64,000 nt of DNA from NCBI GenBank assembly GCA_963693365.1, contig CAVNZM010000002.1, positions 14,541,615 to 14,605,614 on the forward strand. Direction: 5' to 3'. The DNA comes from Amoebidium appalachense. Taxonomy: Eukaryota > Protista > Ichthyosporea. Made by a program: the position numbers and the translations under genes. The notes beneath the pieces are model-generated. The model saw nothing but the letters and a program-made list of their open reading frames with translations. It did no database searches and was not told where the DNA came from. Shown piece after piece: positions 1 to 13,903 of this stretch (position 1 is its first letter; every line of letters starts with the position of its first letter).

Positions 1-7
1 CACATAG

Positions 8-159
8 GTTGACAAGATCTACATTGACAAGCAGAGCTTCCATGATACCTAATCTATGTGCCACGAAACGGTGAATTGAGCAAAATGGGAGAGGGTCTGT
101 GGGAGTATCTTGTTCGAAAATCCGAGTTTCGGTGTAATTTAGCAGCCCCCCGGCGGCGG

Positions 160-243
<84 letters not shown>

Positions 244-545
244 CGGGTATTGTGGCGATATAGACTAACATTGGGTCTGTAGGTGAGCCTGCCCCACCCC
301 TCTGCCACAACACTAATGCTGGCTTCAACCTGTCCCTCAACAACAAACCTCACTACCCTCAGGTAGGGATCCCGAACACAGAAATATCTCTCCTCCACCT
401 TTCCTCCCCGCCTCCTTGCTTCCTTCTGAATCTTGCTTTGAACTTGTTGTCTAGATGCTGACCAAAGCTGGGCTTTGTGTGTTTGAATGGAGTTCTGCGG
501 AGGGGACAAGGATGAGGTGTGTGCGTGGTGTTTTTTTTTTTTTTT

Positions 546-592
<47 letters not shown>

Positions 593-812
593 AGGGGGGC
601 GGTTACGACTTGAGAATCTGTAGTAAGCAAATATTGGAGGAAGGGCATGTATGTATGCAGCATGCAGCTCTGTGTGGCTGTCTGTGCACCACGGATAGAG
701 GGGGGAGGGGGATCCATTAACTGACCTAAAATTTCACTGGCAGGCCAATGCCGTCGCTGCCCTCCGAAATGTTGTCTCCGTGCAGCAGAAGTATTGGAAG
801 GTATGCATCCCC

Positions 813-862
<50 letters not shown>

Positions 863-1164
863 TTTTTTTCCTCTCGATATCTGTGTTTTGTATAGATGCC
901 AGGTTTTAGATCATTTGCTACTGTGTAATGCTTTCTCTCCCCCCCCTTCCCCCCCCCCCCCCCCCCCCCTTTCTCCTCCCCCCTCAAGACCTAAGGGGAA
1001 TGCCTCGTAAGATCATACACGTCCGTCCTACAAATGGCCCATTCCAACACAATGAATCTTCGTTCCCTCGATCAAACACAACCACACACACACACACACA
1101 TGCAGACACACAAATGCAGACAAGTACCCATGAATCCATACGGCCACACTACACACACACAAAC

Positions 1165-1196
<32 letters not shown>

Positions 1197-1919
1197 GTAC
1201 AGTGCATGGAGCACCTGCAACACCAACTGGACGGCATCTCCGACATCGACACCGAATACGAAGCCGGAGACCTGAGTGAAGATGACTCCCACATAGTCGT
1301 CGGGGGGCGTAGCCGAAGCCCCACCCCCACCCCACGTACCCCTTCATCCCCTGGTCCTACCGTGCTAATGCGTTACAATAGCGCTAACGGGGAGGGGCCT
1401 GGTTCGATGAAAAGATACGAAAGTCTGACTATGGTAAGGACGGAAAGCGTGGGGTCTCCACCGAAAGTTATCGTCGAGCAAATGCTTTCTCCGGGAAAAC
1501 CGCATGGGGATTCGATGCAGTTGGACCGGGAATTCCTTACCCAACCGTATGGGGGCACTGGGACCGATAGCCTGACGGTGACACCAGTAATGTCGAATGA
1601 GACTATTGTTCTGGAAAAGGAAATCCAAAAATCTGAAAAACAGGACGCACCTCCGTCACCGACTATTGCCGTCATACCCAACCCTCCTTCTGTTGCGAGT
1701 GTGACGGTGGAGATAAGTGTGAGCGAAGAAAAAGACGGGAATCTGAGCACGAAAAGACCACGCTCCCCATACGGTCGCACGCCGAGCGATGATAGTGGGT
1801 CGAGGAACAACCGGAATAAGAAACAGGGATTTCAGTTTCCCATCCCATTGCGCCTTTTCGAGGGCGGAAGGATGATTCGGCGCACGTCACCGAGGTCCCC
1901 CCGGCGACCTTTGAACTAA
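8..1919 (+). CDS. 3' part of a multi-exon gene of unknown function, with a long Ser/Pro-rich disordered C-terminus; 5' end lies upstream of the window
   Basis: Phase-compatible AG/GT-bounded exons 8-70 (needs one extra base near 48-49), 283-362, 455-516, 624-648, 744-800, optional 896-902 and 989-1020, then terminal exon 1203-1919 (contains ORF 1206..1919). Spliced: VDKIYIDKQSFHDT[L]IYVPRNGEPAPPLCHNTNAGFNLSLNNKPHYPQMLTKAGLCVFEWSSAEGTRMSKQILEEGHANAVAALRNVVSVQQKYWK..CMEHLQHQLDG... The terminal exon is well supported; the small exons less so. Confidence 0.65.
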
Positions 1920-2169
1920 TTTCAGAGTGATTTTTCCGGTTTTTTTGCCCCCTGTTTTCTTCTTTTTTACCGGGACCCCCGGGGGGAGGGGGGGGGTCGT
2001 CTTTACTGTGCTAATGCCCTTGTCATTTAATGCCTGAATAGTGTACTTGCGTAAATCCATGGGCTGAAACCTTGATTTCTGTATATCTGAACTATGTTCG
2101 TGTTTTCCTTCATATTTCCCCCTGCGCAGGTATTATTTTTAAACATGGACAGAAAGATCGAATTTTCCG

Positions 2170-2206
<37 letters not shown>

Positions 2207-3641
2207 TTCTCAAGTCTCTGTTGTGTCGTACATAAATCGACCATATCTTTTGTGTAGGCTTTGCTAACATTGAATAGCCATCAGAATATCCTTGTAGCTA
2301 GCATTGTACATGTTGACCTTGGAATCCTGCTGTCACCTTATGCGCGCCATGTGGGTTTCAACTGTGTGCCATGCATATGTATGTTTCATTTTTTTGCGAT
2401 TATGTCGCAGTTTCAGTTCATTTTAATGCGCATCTGATACTGCAAGTTCCGATTCTTGGCACCTTTTGTAAACTCACTTTACAGCGATTGAGCATGACAT
2501 CAGGGGGCTTCTTCAATTTTGCACTCTACATGTGTGCCGTTTTAGAGCTATTGTTAAAAACTACTAACAACATTGTATGGGTGTGTTTATGGCGGCTGGT
2601 GGAATCTCTGAACTTGTGTTCGTGACTGTCTTTGAAAAACCAAAGCTCATAATCAATAAAAGTTGGATCTAAATTGATTACTCATACATGTAAATTGAGC
2701 ATATACTAATTTTGCTTCTTTTGGTATTTGCTAATCGCGCACCGCACACATGCAAACATGCACACAGGTGACACATGCGGGCGTGTGTGTGTGCAGTTGT
2801 GCACAATTTTACACATGTACACAATCACAGAAACATGCACACACACACGCACGCACACACACATGTACATGCACGCACTCACACATTCCATACACATACA
2901 TATACCCACCTTCACACGTATACACACAGAGAGACAAACACATGCGCGTTTGCACATGTACACACACACACACACCGACGCACGGCACACACACATTCAC
3001 ACACACATACACACACACACACACACACGTCACGTCCACACACACACACACACGCACCGTACAACATGTACATGTTAGCTTCCTCCCCCCATCCGCTCCC
3101 CAACCACCCACACAGTCACGCACACACTGTGACACACACACAAACACACACACACACACACACACACATCCATGCATGCATTCTACTTTCGGTATTACAC
3201 ACCCTGCAACCCACCCCACTGATTGAAGGGGGGAAGGGGGGGGGGGAGATGTTGCATGTATGCGCACTGCAGGTGGCCGTGCACTATGTACATAATAGAC
3301 AAAGTTTTGCAATGTTCTATGTATACACGTACAAGTACATCATCTACTCCAGCTCGAGCGACGGTCGGCTATGCACAAGCGACGTGCAGCCATGCACATA
3401 TGCATGCATGCAGTACTGATTAACACTGGCTTCTGATGTTTTTTTTTGGTTGTTTGCATGTATGCGCCCGCACGTGCTCACACACATGTGCACACCCGCG
3501 TGCGCACAGCTGGTGCCACACACAAATACATACACATGTGCACCATGCGCACACAAACACTCTAATACGCACACGCACACACACACATAAACACAAACAC
3601 TGGCACACATGCACACGCACAGACGCACAGTGTGACTCATG

Positions 3642-3673
<32 letters not shown>

Positions 3674-4154
3674 CACACACACACCATGGCACACGGACAC
3701 AGTTCACACGCACACACTTGCACGTGCACACACACGTGTACACACACAAAAAGGGGCAGGCGGCCCGGATCCGGGAGCTGGGGGAGGGGGTGGGGTGTGT
3801 GTGTGTGGTGGGGGGGGGGGGGGGGGGGGGAAGAGGGGGGAGTTCGGGGAGGGGAGGGGGGGGGGGGGGGGGGGGGATGGGGGGGGGCGGGGGACGTGAT
3901 CACCAACCCCAGAGGCTGCCACGAGTGTACATCCATATTATGATCATGTGAGAGCACAATGATTTAGCGGCTGTTTACATATTCTGTATGCCAAACGTAC
4001 ACATTGAAGACTAGGAGTTCTTGATCATCTCAAATTTAAACCCAGCTGCAGGCCATAACACTACAGGCATCCTCGAAAGCCACCAGAAGGCAGCGGCCAC
4101 TGTGCTGCAGCTGAGAAAGCCATAGAAGGTTCAAATCAAACCGTAGTACGAGAA

Positions 4155-4189
<35 letters not shown>

Positions 4190-4651
4190 CGGCCTCTCGC
4201 CTCTCTCTGCCTCCCCTGCCCCGAGGTGAGCTCGTCTCCATGTCTTCCAATCAATAGCTCGCGCAGACACACGCACACCCTGCAACACGTTTTTCACGTT
4301 TTTCGCACGCACCAGCCTACACATGCACCACACACGTGCACCAGGTTCCACAAACCTGCATTGCCCGCCTGCATATATACATACAGATACACTCACGATT
4401 AACTACTATTGTATCGGCAACAGCGCACATGTCCACTCATCTAAAGGGTCTTACATACTCTTATGACTAAACGTTGGATATCTGCAAGAGAACGAAAGGA
4501 TGATTGCACAGTCACACACGGATTTACACACGTTTGTGCACGCACACGTAGGCACACACACATGCTGTGGTGCATCGACAACATTATGGCACACACTCAG
4601 CTTACACGTGTGAACACAGACACAAACTCATGTCGTCAGACACACGAACAA

Positions 4652-5032
4652 AGGGCATAACCACAGCAGCAGAGTAAGCTTGCTCCTACATAGCAGATCT
4701 ATGCTTCTGCAGAAAGCACTCGGAACTGTTCAGCAAACACAGAATTTTTCTGCCAAGCAGAACTACATCTTCTGCTGCCGTGAGCAGAATAATTCTGCAT
4801 TTTTTCGAAATAATTCTGCTAAGAGGGAGTATTATAAAGTGGAATGATTCTGCTCAAAGCAGAATATTCTGATTTTGCAACAATATTCTGCTATTTGCAA
4901 AATAAGTCCAATTTTTGGAGCAGAATTTTTCTGCTTTTGCAGAATAATTCCGCTTTCTTGCAGAAGAATGCTGCTTTTTGCAGAATCATTAACCTCGGAG
5001 CAAGTTGGCTCTGCCGTTGCGGGTTCTGCCTT
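4652..5032. mobile_element. Foldback/MITE-like element: imperfect terminal inverted repeats around an array of GCAGAA..TTCTGC palindromes
   Basis: 4661-4686 (ccacagcagcagagtaagcttgctcc) matches the reverse complement of 4997-5022 at 20/26 positions and extends about 9 nt outward. The interior has many degenerate GCAGAA(W)nTTCTGC units. No transposase and no clear TSD. Confidence 0.55.
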
Positions 5033-5281
5033 AAAAAATAATAGATTAGTACATACACATGACATACACACACATGCATGCACAGCCCACTAATTCTCGC
5101 GGTTTTTGAGGGCCCCTTCAATCGTCCTCTTTCTGACTCCCCATGAGCCATGCCCCTCCCCTCCCTCCCCCCCCCTCCCCCTCCCCTCCCCCCCCCCCCC
5201 CCCCCCCGGCCCCGGCCCGGCCCGGCCCTGCCCCAAACGTTTCCCACACACACAAACACAACCACAGCTGAATCTCTCCAT

Positions 5282-5343
<62 letters not shown>

Positions 5344-6109
5344 CAGTCTCTCATCATAGTACGTGCATGAACGCGTCACTAACAACACAAATATACACGC
5401 GGACACACACATGGTCACAGAAAACAGACTAATATGAGCATGTGCACGGGAAAAGAGCACCGACACGAGAACAGACTAATATGCTAATATTAACTACGCA
5501 CAATCACGTTACCATTTGCACACAACGCAAACTTATGGTTGGCACTGTGGTACACTTTCATTGGGTGCGCGCGCACACACACACAGCATTACACACATAC
5601 CCGCACATACACACGCACGCGCCACATTGTGGAATCGGTAAACTGCTGCATTCGTCCAACAACATCATGATGTTTATTTACAAGCACACATGGTCCGGAG
5701 AACCTGGCACCCTGTGACAAGCACACACACAGAAAAACACACAGTCACATCATAGTATTAGTCTACTACCTAAGGGGCTCGTCACACATACATACATTAC
5801 CACACATACAAGCACATACACACACGAACACCGCACGGTGAATATGGTATTTTGGCCACCAATAATGAAGTTTTCAAGCTCTGAATTTTTCAAGCTCTGA
5901 ACGAATTCAGCTTTGTGGGTGGCGTCAATTGCAAGAGGAAGAGGGATGTTTGGCAGGTTTGGCCGTCGCGGGCGCGGGGCGAGGGAGGGGGGGGGGGGGG
6001 GGGGGGGGAGGGGAGGGACCACACCACCAGACAGGTGGGTTCCTCTCCCCCCGGAGAGCGAGGGAAGACGGCCCACCCGGGGCCCAACCCTGCTGTAAGC
6101 TTGGGCACG

Positions 6110-6157
<48 letters not shown>

Positions 6158-6175
6158 CACCCTCCAGGCAGTTGG

Positions 6176-6252
<77 letters not shown>

Positions 6253-8445
6253 TTCAATCTCAAGTTCAAGAATCCCTGACTCACACAAACGCTAGCCTGT
6301 GAAATATCGGCTGTACAACGCCAACGCACAACCAATCTTCGTCTAACAATCGAAAACTAAGCAAAATCGAGCCCTTCCGTTCGGTCCGTAAATAAGCTAA
6401 ACATATAAAGCTATCTGCTGCCTGTAGTGGCGTTCAGGTTTAACACAGGAAAGTCACAGCCCCAGCCCCCCCCCCCCCCCCCCCCCCCCCCTCCCCCAAG
6501 CACCGGTAGACCCTAGATCTTATAGTTTTCTTATAAATATATAGTGCTAGCGCACTCATAAATGATGTTTCTGAATTCTATATAACGTCTGTATTAGTAC
6601 ATGTGTGCAAAGATTATATGTGCACATGTAAACGGATTCACCGGTCATCATGGGACGTTCCGATGGCGTCGACTCGATCCTGGCCCCTGATAACCTAGTC
6701 CAAAGCACACGTGCTTGTTCTTGCCTGTGAAAACTACACCGAGAAAAATCTCCAAGCCCCTGCTGTTACAAATGGGTCCGGAGGTTCCGGGGTATATCTG
6801 TGGGAGCACCTTGCGTGCTGCACGACTTTAACTACTTTGTCAGAACACTACGCTGACTACCACACAACTACACCGTGACAACGCGCGGCAGCTCGGGAAT
6901 GGATCGGAAACTTTGACGGTTTGACCCCAACGGTTACGCAACAGGCGAAAATCGTTTGAGGAATGCGCCCAATCAACTGCAAGTGATGGTCGGCGTTCGA
7001 AATTCCCAACGCCAGGCTTCCGGTTCCTCCGATATAATAACCCAGAAATTTTCGGTTGGTTTCACAGCCTGGTCAGAGCACAGTATGTATACAAATCCAC
7101 GTATTGAGGATATGCAGTGCATATTTATTATCGTTGTTTCTAAAAAGTACATATAAGCCTTTGTGCATCTATAATTTCAACCACTAGCTGGGGCTGAGTG
7201 TGCTACATAGCACCTTAGATTCAGAACTCCAGTCATTCATCAAGAAAATTTCGTAACGGGAATCAAGCATCAAATTTGCAAACCCTGATCAGTGCGCGTT
7301 TGGCCAATCAACGCCGTCTTCATATTCTAGAATCTTGTTCTTGAAAGCTCGAAAAGTGCAAGCATATGTACACAAAAATTCGAGCGGAGAAACATAAATT
7401 ATTGCATGGGCATTTTAATAATGTTTTTTATATATAATTATTATGTCATACATTATGCTTTATTGAATGACGGCGCTACGGCAAAGTCATGCCGCCTGCT
7501 GGCCCAGTGACACGATGCTCTTAGGAATGGCAACCTGAATTCTTGTGATCGCTCTGCTTACTGCCTTTTCACCCAACAAAAAGAGCTTTTTATAAAATTG
7601 TTCCATTTAAAATGCTTTTTTGTATTCTTTTAATTTACCTTACAGCTAAAGTCATGTACTTTATATAACGATACTGCACCCACGTTATGCACTGCATCAT
7701 ATGAATCCTTCGTGATAGGCGGAACCGCCAAAAACTGAAAACGTTTGGGCTTTGCCAAACTGAGTTCTCACTGATTCTCTTTCTATCATATCATATCCTT
7801 GTTGTACCATAGTGCTCACCGGCCTCTTTGTGGAGCTGGTTCCCAAAGCCAACGAGATACTGAGAAGTGATCAGCTGCGTGTATTTCAGGTTAGCTCCCA
7901 GTGTTTGTGGACTCATTGCTCAACATGTATGCCCCAGTCTTGGGCCTGTCAAAGTTGAGCGCGTGTGTATTCCCTCTTGTTGGGAGGCGGATGTTTTGAG
8001 TTGCTTTGTGTCATAAAACGGGACTTTTTCTCCCTTATGCTGTACGTTTTTGAAAGCGTGTGTTTGCCTTCTATCCATAGATGTGTTGCTGCGTCTTGTA
8101 GCGTGCAATCTTGCCAAGTGGTTGATCTGTCGAAAGCCAAGGGCCGACTTAGCAGGATGTTGGATCTGGGGTCTGTGTGGTTGTCAGTCCCTGCTGCCGT
8201 GGTGTGGTTGCTATCCAAAGGTAATGGCCGATAACGATAATTTGGCTTTTTTTTTTTTTTTCTTTTTTTTTTTTTTTTGGGTTTTTCGAATTAAAACCTG
8301 TTGTACACGCAAAAGTTGTACTGGTCCGGTGTCATAAAACAGTGGTGCGGTACTTTTGGGATATACTGCTTAAGGTATCAGTGATGCTGTCAAAAATGGC
8401 GTGGTAAACTAACACAATTTTCTTCCTACAGTTCGCAAGGTCAAG

Positions 8446-9116
8446 ATGGCTGGAGGCGGGGAGGTATGTAGCAACCGCGGGGATACTCGATCTTTGAATC
8501 TGCATGAATTAGTGTAGAGTGGGAGGGCACAGTCCAACATACAAACATTCGTCCTTCGTTGCGTGTATGCTTGCACACCTTCGCACATGCATTCACGTAC
8601 ACACACGTACACACATACGCGTATATGCATACACGCACACACACACACACACAGGCACATACAGGCACACTTTCACATCACACAGATACAAACACGCAGG
8701 CCTTGCATTGAAACACTTACACACACACAGCCCCCCCCCCCCCCCCCCCGAAGCCCCGTCTCCTGAGTTCCTATCTATATTTTTCTTGCTTCTGCTTACT
8801 GCTGCAACTTTAACCCCCGGCCTTTCCCACTGCCCTTGCCTGCATAAGCAACCCTGCTCGTCTCTGATCAAGACGGGTGACCTACTCATGTTCAAGTGAA
8901 ACAGTATCTGAGTTGGGTTTCGTTAACGAGGGGAATAGGTCGAAACTCGGGTACTGTGGATGACGTGGGCCCCCCCTGAGGATGGGCTCTGCTTATTATG
9001 CATCCTCTTTATGTATGGCTTGCATTCTGCATCGTGTTATCCGTTTGTTCTTGTGTACTTCGTACTTTTTGACGCATTCAAACCCCCCCCCCCCCCCCTT
9101 TCCACACACGCGCGCG

Positions 9117-9189
<73 letters not shown>

Positions 9190-10064
9190 TCACTCCTGTG
9201 TGTCCGCCATCTTTCTGCTTCCACCCCCCCCCCCCCCCCCCCCCCCCCTACTCCTTTTATCTCAGGCTTTCCTTATAACACATACTGTTTGCATGTGCTT
9301 TTTTTTGTGAAGTCCCATGGTGCTGCTCGTCGTTAATGTGTATTTGGTACTGTTAAGCACTTGAAACCTTGTGGGTGTACCTATCCGGACCATGTCATTT
9401 CTGTACACCCCCACCGTTACTCCTACGGTTGCCTATCCACCCACTCATGCTCACACACACTCCCCCTCCCTCTCTCCCTCCCTCCGCCCTCCCCCCCCCC
9501 CCCCCCCCCCCCCCCCCCAACCCCTCCCTTTCCTCCTTTCCCTCCCTCCCTCCCTCCCTCCCTCGCCCTTTTCCTCCACCCACTCTCCCCCTCCTTTTCC
9601 TCCTTTCCCTCTCTCCCTCCCTCCCTCCTTTCCTCCACCCACTCTCCCCCTCCTTTCCTCCCTCCCCCTTCCCTCCTGCCCTTCCCTCCCTCCCTCCCTT
9701 CTTCCCACCCTCCCCCCCCCCCCCCCCCCTCCCCCCCCCCCCCTCCCCCTTGCTCTCTCCCCTCCCCCTCCCGTCTCTCCCTCCCTTCCCCCCCCCCCCC
9801 CCCCCCCCTCCCCTCCCCCCCCCCCCCTCGCTGTCTCTAACCCCCCCCCCCCCCCCCCCCCCCCCCCAGCCGTTTGTCGACATGCTCGATCTTGTTGTTC
9901 TTGGCACGGTGGTGGTTGGTGCCATCGGCTACTTCCTGGCCACACGGAAACCGGCCACGCCTGCAAACAAGGTGTGCTCACACTTGTTTTTTTTTTTTTC
10001 AATTTTCCCCCCTCCCCCCCCCCCCCCCCCCCCCTCCCCCCTTCACACCTCTCTCTCTCTCTCT

Positions 10065-10096
<32 letters not shown>

Positions 10097-11135
10097 ATAC
10101 CATTACCCCCCCCCCCCCCCCCCCCCCCCCCCCCGACACACACACACACACACACCCAGCGGGCAATCCTGATAATTACTGAATTGTATCAGCGCTGCAT
10201 AGAGATAGGCATATGCAGGCATGATCACACACACAAACACATATATATACAGAGGCACAGAGAGACATACGAGTGCATGCACACACCTTTGTAGGCCTGT
10301 CCGCAACAGACAATAGTGGACATATCACACATATACAGACAACACTTTCTCCCTCTGTTTCGCAAGCACTGACCCTCTATGCTCAGGGATATGTGCCTGC
10401 CGGCAAGCCAGCCAACGGGGCACCTGCTGCTCGTAGCACCCTAATGGAGCGCATGAAGGACCAGGTGGGTGGGGGTGGATGTGTGGGTGGGTGGGTGGGG
10501 TGGGAAGGGGGGGGGGGGGGGGTAGGGATGTGTGGTGGGTAGTTGGGTGTGTGTGTGTGTGTGGTGGTGGGGGGGGAGAGGGGGGAGGGGGGAGGGGGAA
10601 GGGAAAGGAGGGAGGGAGGGGGTGAGTGTGTGTGGGTGGGGGTGGTGGGGGGGGGGGGGAGTGGGTGGATGGGTGGGTGTGCGCGTTTGTGTGTGTGGAT
10701 GGTTCGGGGTGGGTGGGGTGGGGGTTTAGTGTGTGTGTGTGGGTGGGGAGGGGGGGGGGGGGGGGGGGGGCAGGGAGTTACGGGTGTTTGGGTGGGTGGG
10801 TGTGTGTCGGGGGGGAGGGGGGGGGAGAGGCAAGCATGTTGATGGGATGGGAGTGAGGGGTAGCTAGGTGGGCGGATGGGCGGGCGTAAGAAGGCGGACG
10901 TCCGTTGCTGGGTGGGAGGGTGTGTTTTGGATGGGCTGGATGGGGGGCTGGGTGGGGGGGTGTTTGGGGTGAGGTTGTGGGGGGAGAGGCGATTGGGGGG
11001 AGGGGGGGGGGGGAGAGGTTATGTGTGTGGGGGTATGTATTGTGTGTACAAGGTAAGGTAGATGGAGCAGAAGATATAAGCGTTGGGTCTGTTCTCATGG
11101 TGTGCTGAGCCCCGGTTGACATTAGGCACACACGA

Positions 11136-11184
<49 letters not shown>

Positions 11185-11296
11185 GGTACATGTGTACGCA
11201 TGCACACAGCACACAAACATAAGCCTGCACAGAGGTATGTGGTTAGTAGCTACGTACAATCCACACCTATGCAGAAAATCGTCTATTCCCACAAAC

Positions 11297-11336
<40 letters not shown>

Positions 11337-11817
11337 TACACACATTTACAGTTCATTTCGGTCTCCCCTTTCCCCAGTTTTTGTGAAAAAAAAAAAAACC
11401 TAAATTAATGTATGAACAACCAAACAGACCCACACACCCAACAAGACACCAACTCCCCCCCCTTCGAAACTCGGGTACTGTGGATGACGTGGGCCCCCCC
11501 TGAGGATGGGCTCTGCTTATTATGCATACTCTTTATGTATGGCTTGCATTCTGCATCGTGTTATCCGTTTGTTCTTGTGTACTTCGTACTTTTTGACGCA
11601 TTCAACCCCCCCCCCCCCCCCCCCCCCCCTCCTCCTCCCCAATGCACTACAGGGCAAGGAGCTAGCGATCTTCTACGGCACCCAGACGGGCACAGCAGAG
11701 GACTTTTGCAACCGCATTGCTGCCGAGGCCAAGATGTACGGGTTTGGGGCTATGGTGCTCGATCTGGAGGAGGTCGATACGGTATGTGTGGCGGGGGGGT
11801 TGATGGATGGGGCTTGT

Positions 11818-11850
<33 letters not shown>

Positions 11851-12630
11851 GGGGTGTGTGTGTGTGTGTTGGTTTCTGGTGATCTCCACCTCTGTCTCGT
11901 TCTCCGTTCCTCCCTTGCACTCTCAATGCCTCACTCATCTTCTCCCTTTCCCTGCCTCCCTCCCTCTCTCTCTCTCTCCTCCTCTACCCCCCCCCCCCCC
12001 CCCCCCCCCCCCTTCCTTCTTCCATTCTGTCTGCACTCTCTCTCTCTCTCTCTCTCTCTGTATATGTCTGTCTTGCTTTCCCCCCACCCCCCTTCTTGCT
12101 CCCCCCCCCCCCCCCCCCCCCCCTCCCCCCCCGTCCCCCCTCCCCTCGGTCTCTGCCCCCCTGCCCCCACTCCCGTCGTGGCACTGGCTTTTTCTTTTGG
12201 CGTGGTGGTAGCTTTCGTTTTGCTCTGTGTGCCCGGGGGAAGGGGAGAGGGGGGGGGGGGGGGGGGATCCTGACGTGAATGAGAACGAAAGCTTGCAATT
12301 GGATTTCTTTGTTTTGTTTACAGGGTAGTAATTTTTGGAAGGGGTGGGGTGGTGGTGGTGGTGGTGGGGGGGGGGGGGGGTTGGATTTGTGAGTGAGTGA
12401 GAGATGGGGTCGGAATATTACGGAAGAGTAAGGGGCTTCCGCTTGCCTTTTCTTTCCCCCCCCCCCGTCCAAGCACACAGACAGCACGCATACGTACATA
12501 TACACACACTGGTACACAAGCACACACACGCACACATGCAAGCCCACGCCACACATACACACACACACACGGACACGCGCACACATACAAAAACACACGC
12601 ACACACACGCACACGCACACGCGCCCCCAA

Positions 12631-12673
<43 letters not shown>

Positions 12674-13106
12674 ACCACACACACTATCACCCTCACCACC
12701 ACACTCTCCTCTTCCACCATACACCCCCCCTCCTCCTTTCTCTTCCTCCAACACATCTGCACGAACACATTGCATGTCACACGTTCCACCACCACTGCTT
12801 TCATTCCGTTTTGCCCTTCCCCATGTCTCCCTCTTTCCTCATTTTTTCTTTCCAGGATGAAATTGCCGATCTCGCGCAACTGGAGAACAGTGTTGCGATC
12901 TTCTGCGTTGCTACTTACGGTGAGGGTGATCCGACTGACAATGCGATTGAATTTCACCAATGGCTTAAGGATGACGCTAACGGTGCCGACCTGACCGGCC
13001 TCAGATATACCGTGTTTGCATTGGGCAACTCAACTTACGAACACTACCAGGTTTGTCCTTCCATACTCAATGCACAACGTATCAACTTTTTTTTTTTTTT
13101 TTTGGT

Positions 13107-13138
<32 letters not shown>

Positions 13139-13709
13139 GGGAGGGGGGTTGGGGGCTGAAATTTGGAGGTGGGGTTGGAGAAGGTTGGTGTGTCTGTGTG
13201 TGGGGGGTCTGTGTGTCTAATGTGTGTGTGTGTGTGTTGCCGGGTCAGAGGAAGGAGGAAGAGAAGAGGGGGGGGGGGTTGAAGGGTGAAAGTGGGTTTT
13301 CAAGCATACCATGATAAAAATGTGTTTCTCTGTATGACAGCAAGCCAGATACTCGATGCTTCAGAGTACAAATTCTTATGGCCTTTGCATTTTGCATGAG
13401 GGGGATTTCATTCTGACACTCTTGTGTTGTAACAGGCAATGGGACGGCTTGTGGACAAGAAACTGAAGGAGCTCGGGGGTGAGCGGGTGTTCAAGCTGGG
13501 GGAGGGAGATGACGACAAAAAGTACGTGCAATGGCGGATGGGGGGGGGGGGGGGGGGGGGGGGGGATGGTGTGTGTGTGTGTGTGTGGGTGGGTGGGTGG
13601 GGGTGGGGGGGGGGGGGGGGGGGGGGGGGGGGGAGCGGGTGACGCGGTGGGGCTATGGTGGTTGGGGGGAGGAGAAGGGGGTTGAAGGGAAAAGAAGGTG
13701 GTGGTGGTT

Positions 13710-13751
<42 letters not shown>

Positions 13752-13832
13752 GTAAAGAACCGACAGGAGGTGATGGCGGAAGCCATGTGGTGAGGATGTG
13801 GGACGGTGGGCTTTTTGGAAGGGTTTTTTCTC

Positions 13833-13903
<71 letters not shown>

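Noticed and set aside
43-45. In-frame TGA as a possible selenocysteine codon in the first gene
   Set aside because: No SECIS recognised downstream of 1919; a single missing C gives a more natural reading.
4700-4990. CRISPR-like array of palindromes
   Set aside because: Units are degenerate and adjacent, without unique spacers; eukaryotic context and no cas genes.
8906-8954. Hammerhead-ribozyme-like geometry (gtatctgagtt pairing with aactcgggtac after CGAAAC) in repeat A
   Set aside because: The CUGANGA core is absent (TTAACGA), there is no stem I, and the pairing is not conserved in copy 4; an Rfam/RNAMotif search on the family consensus would settle it.
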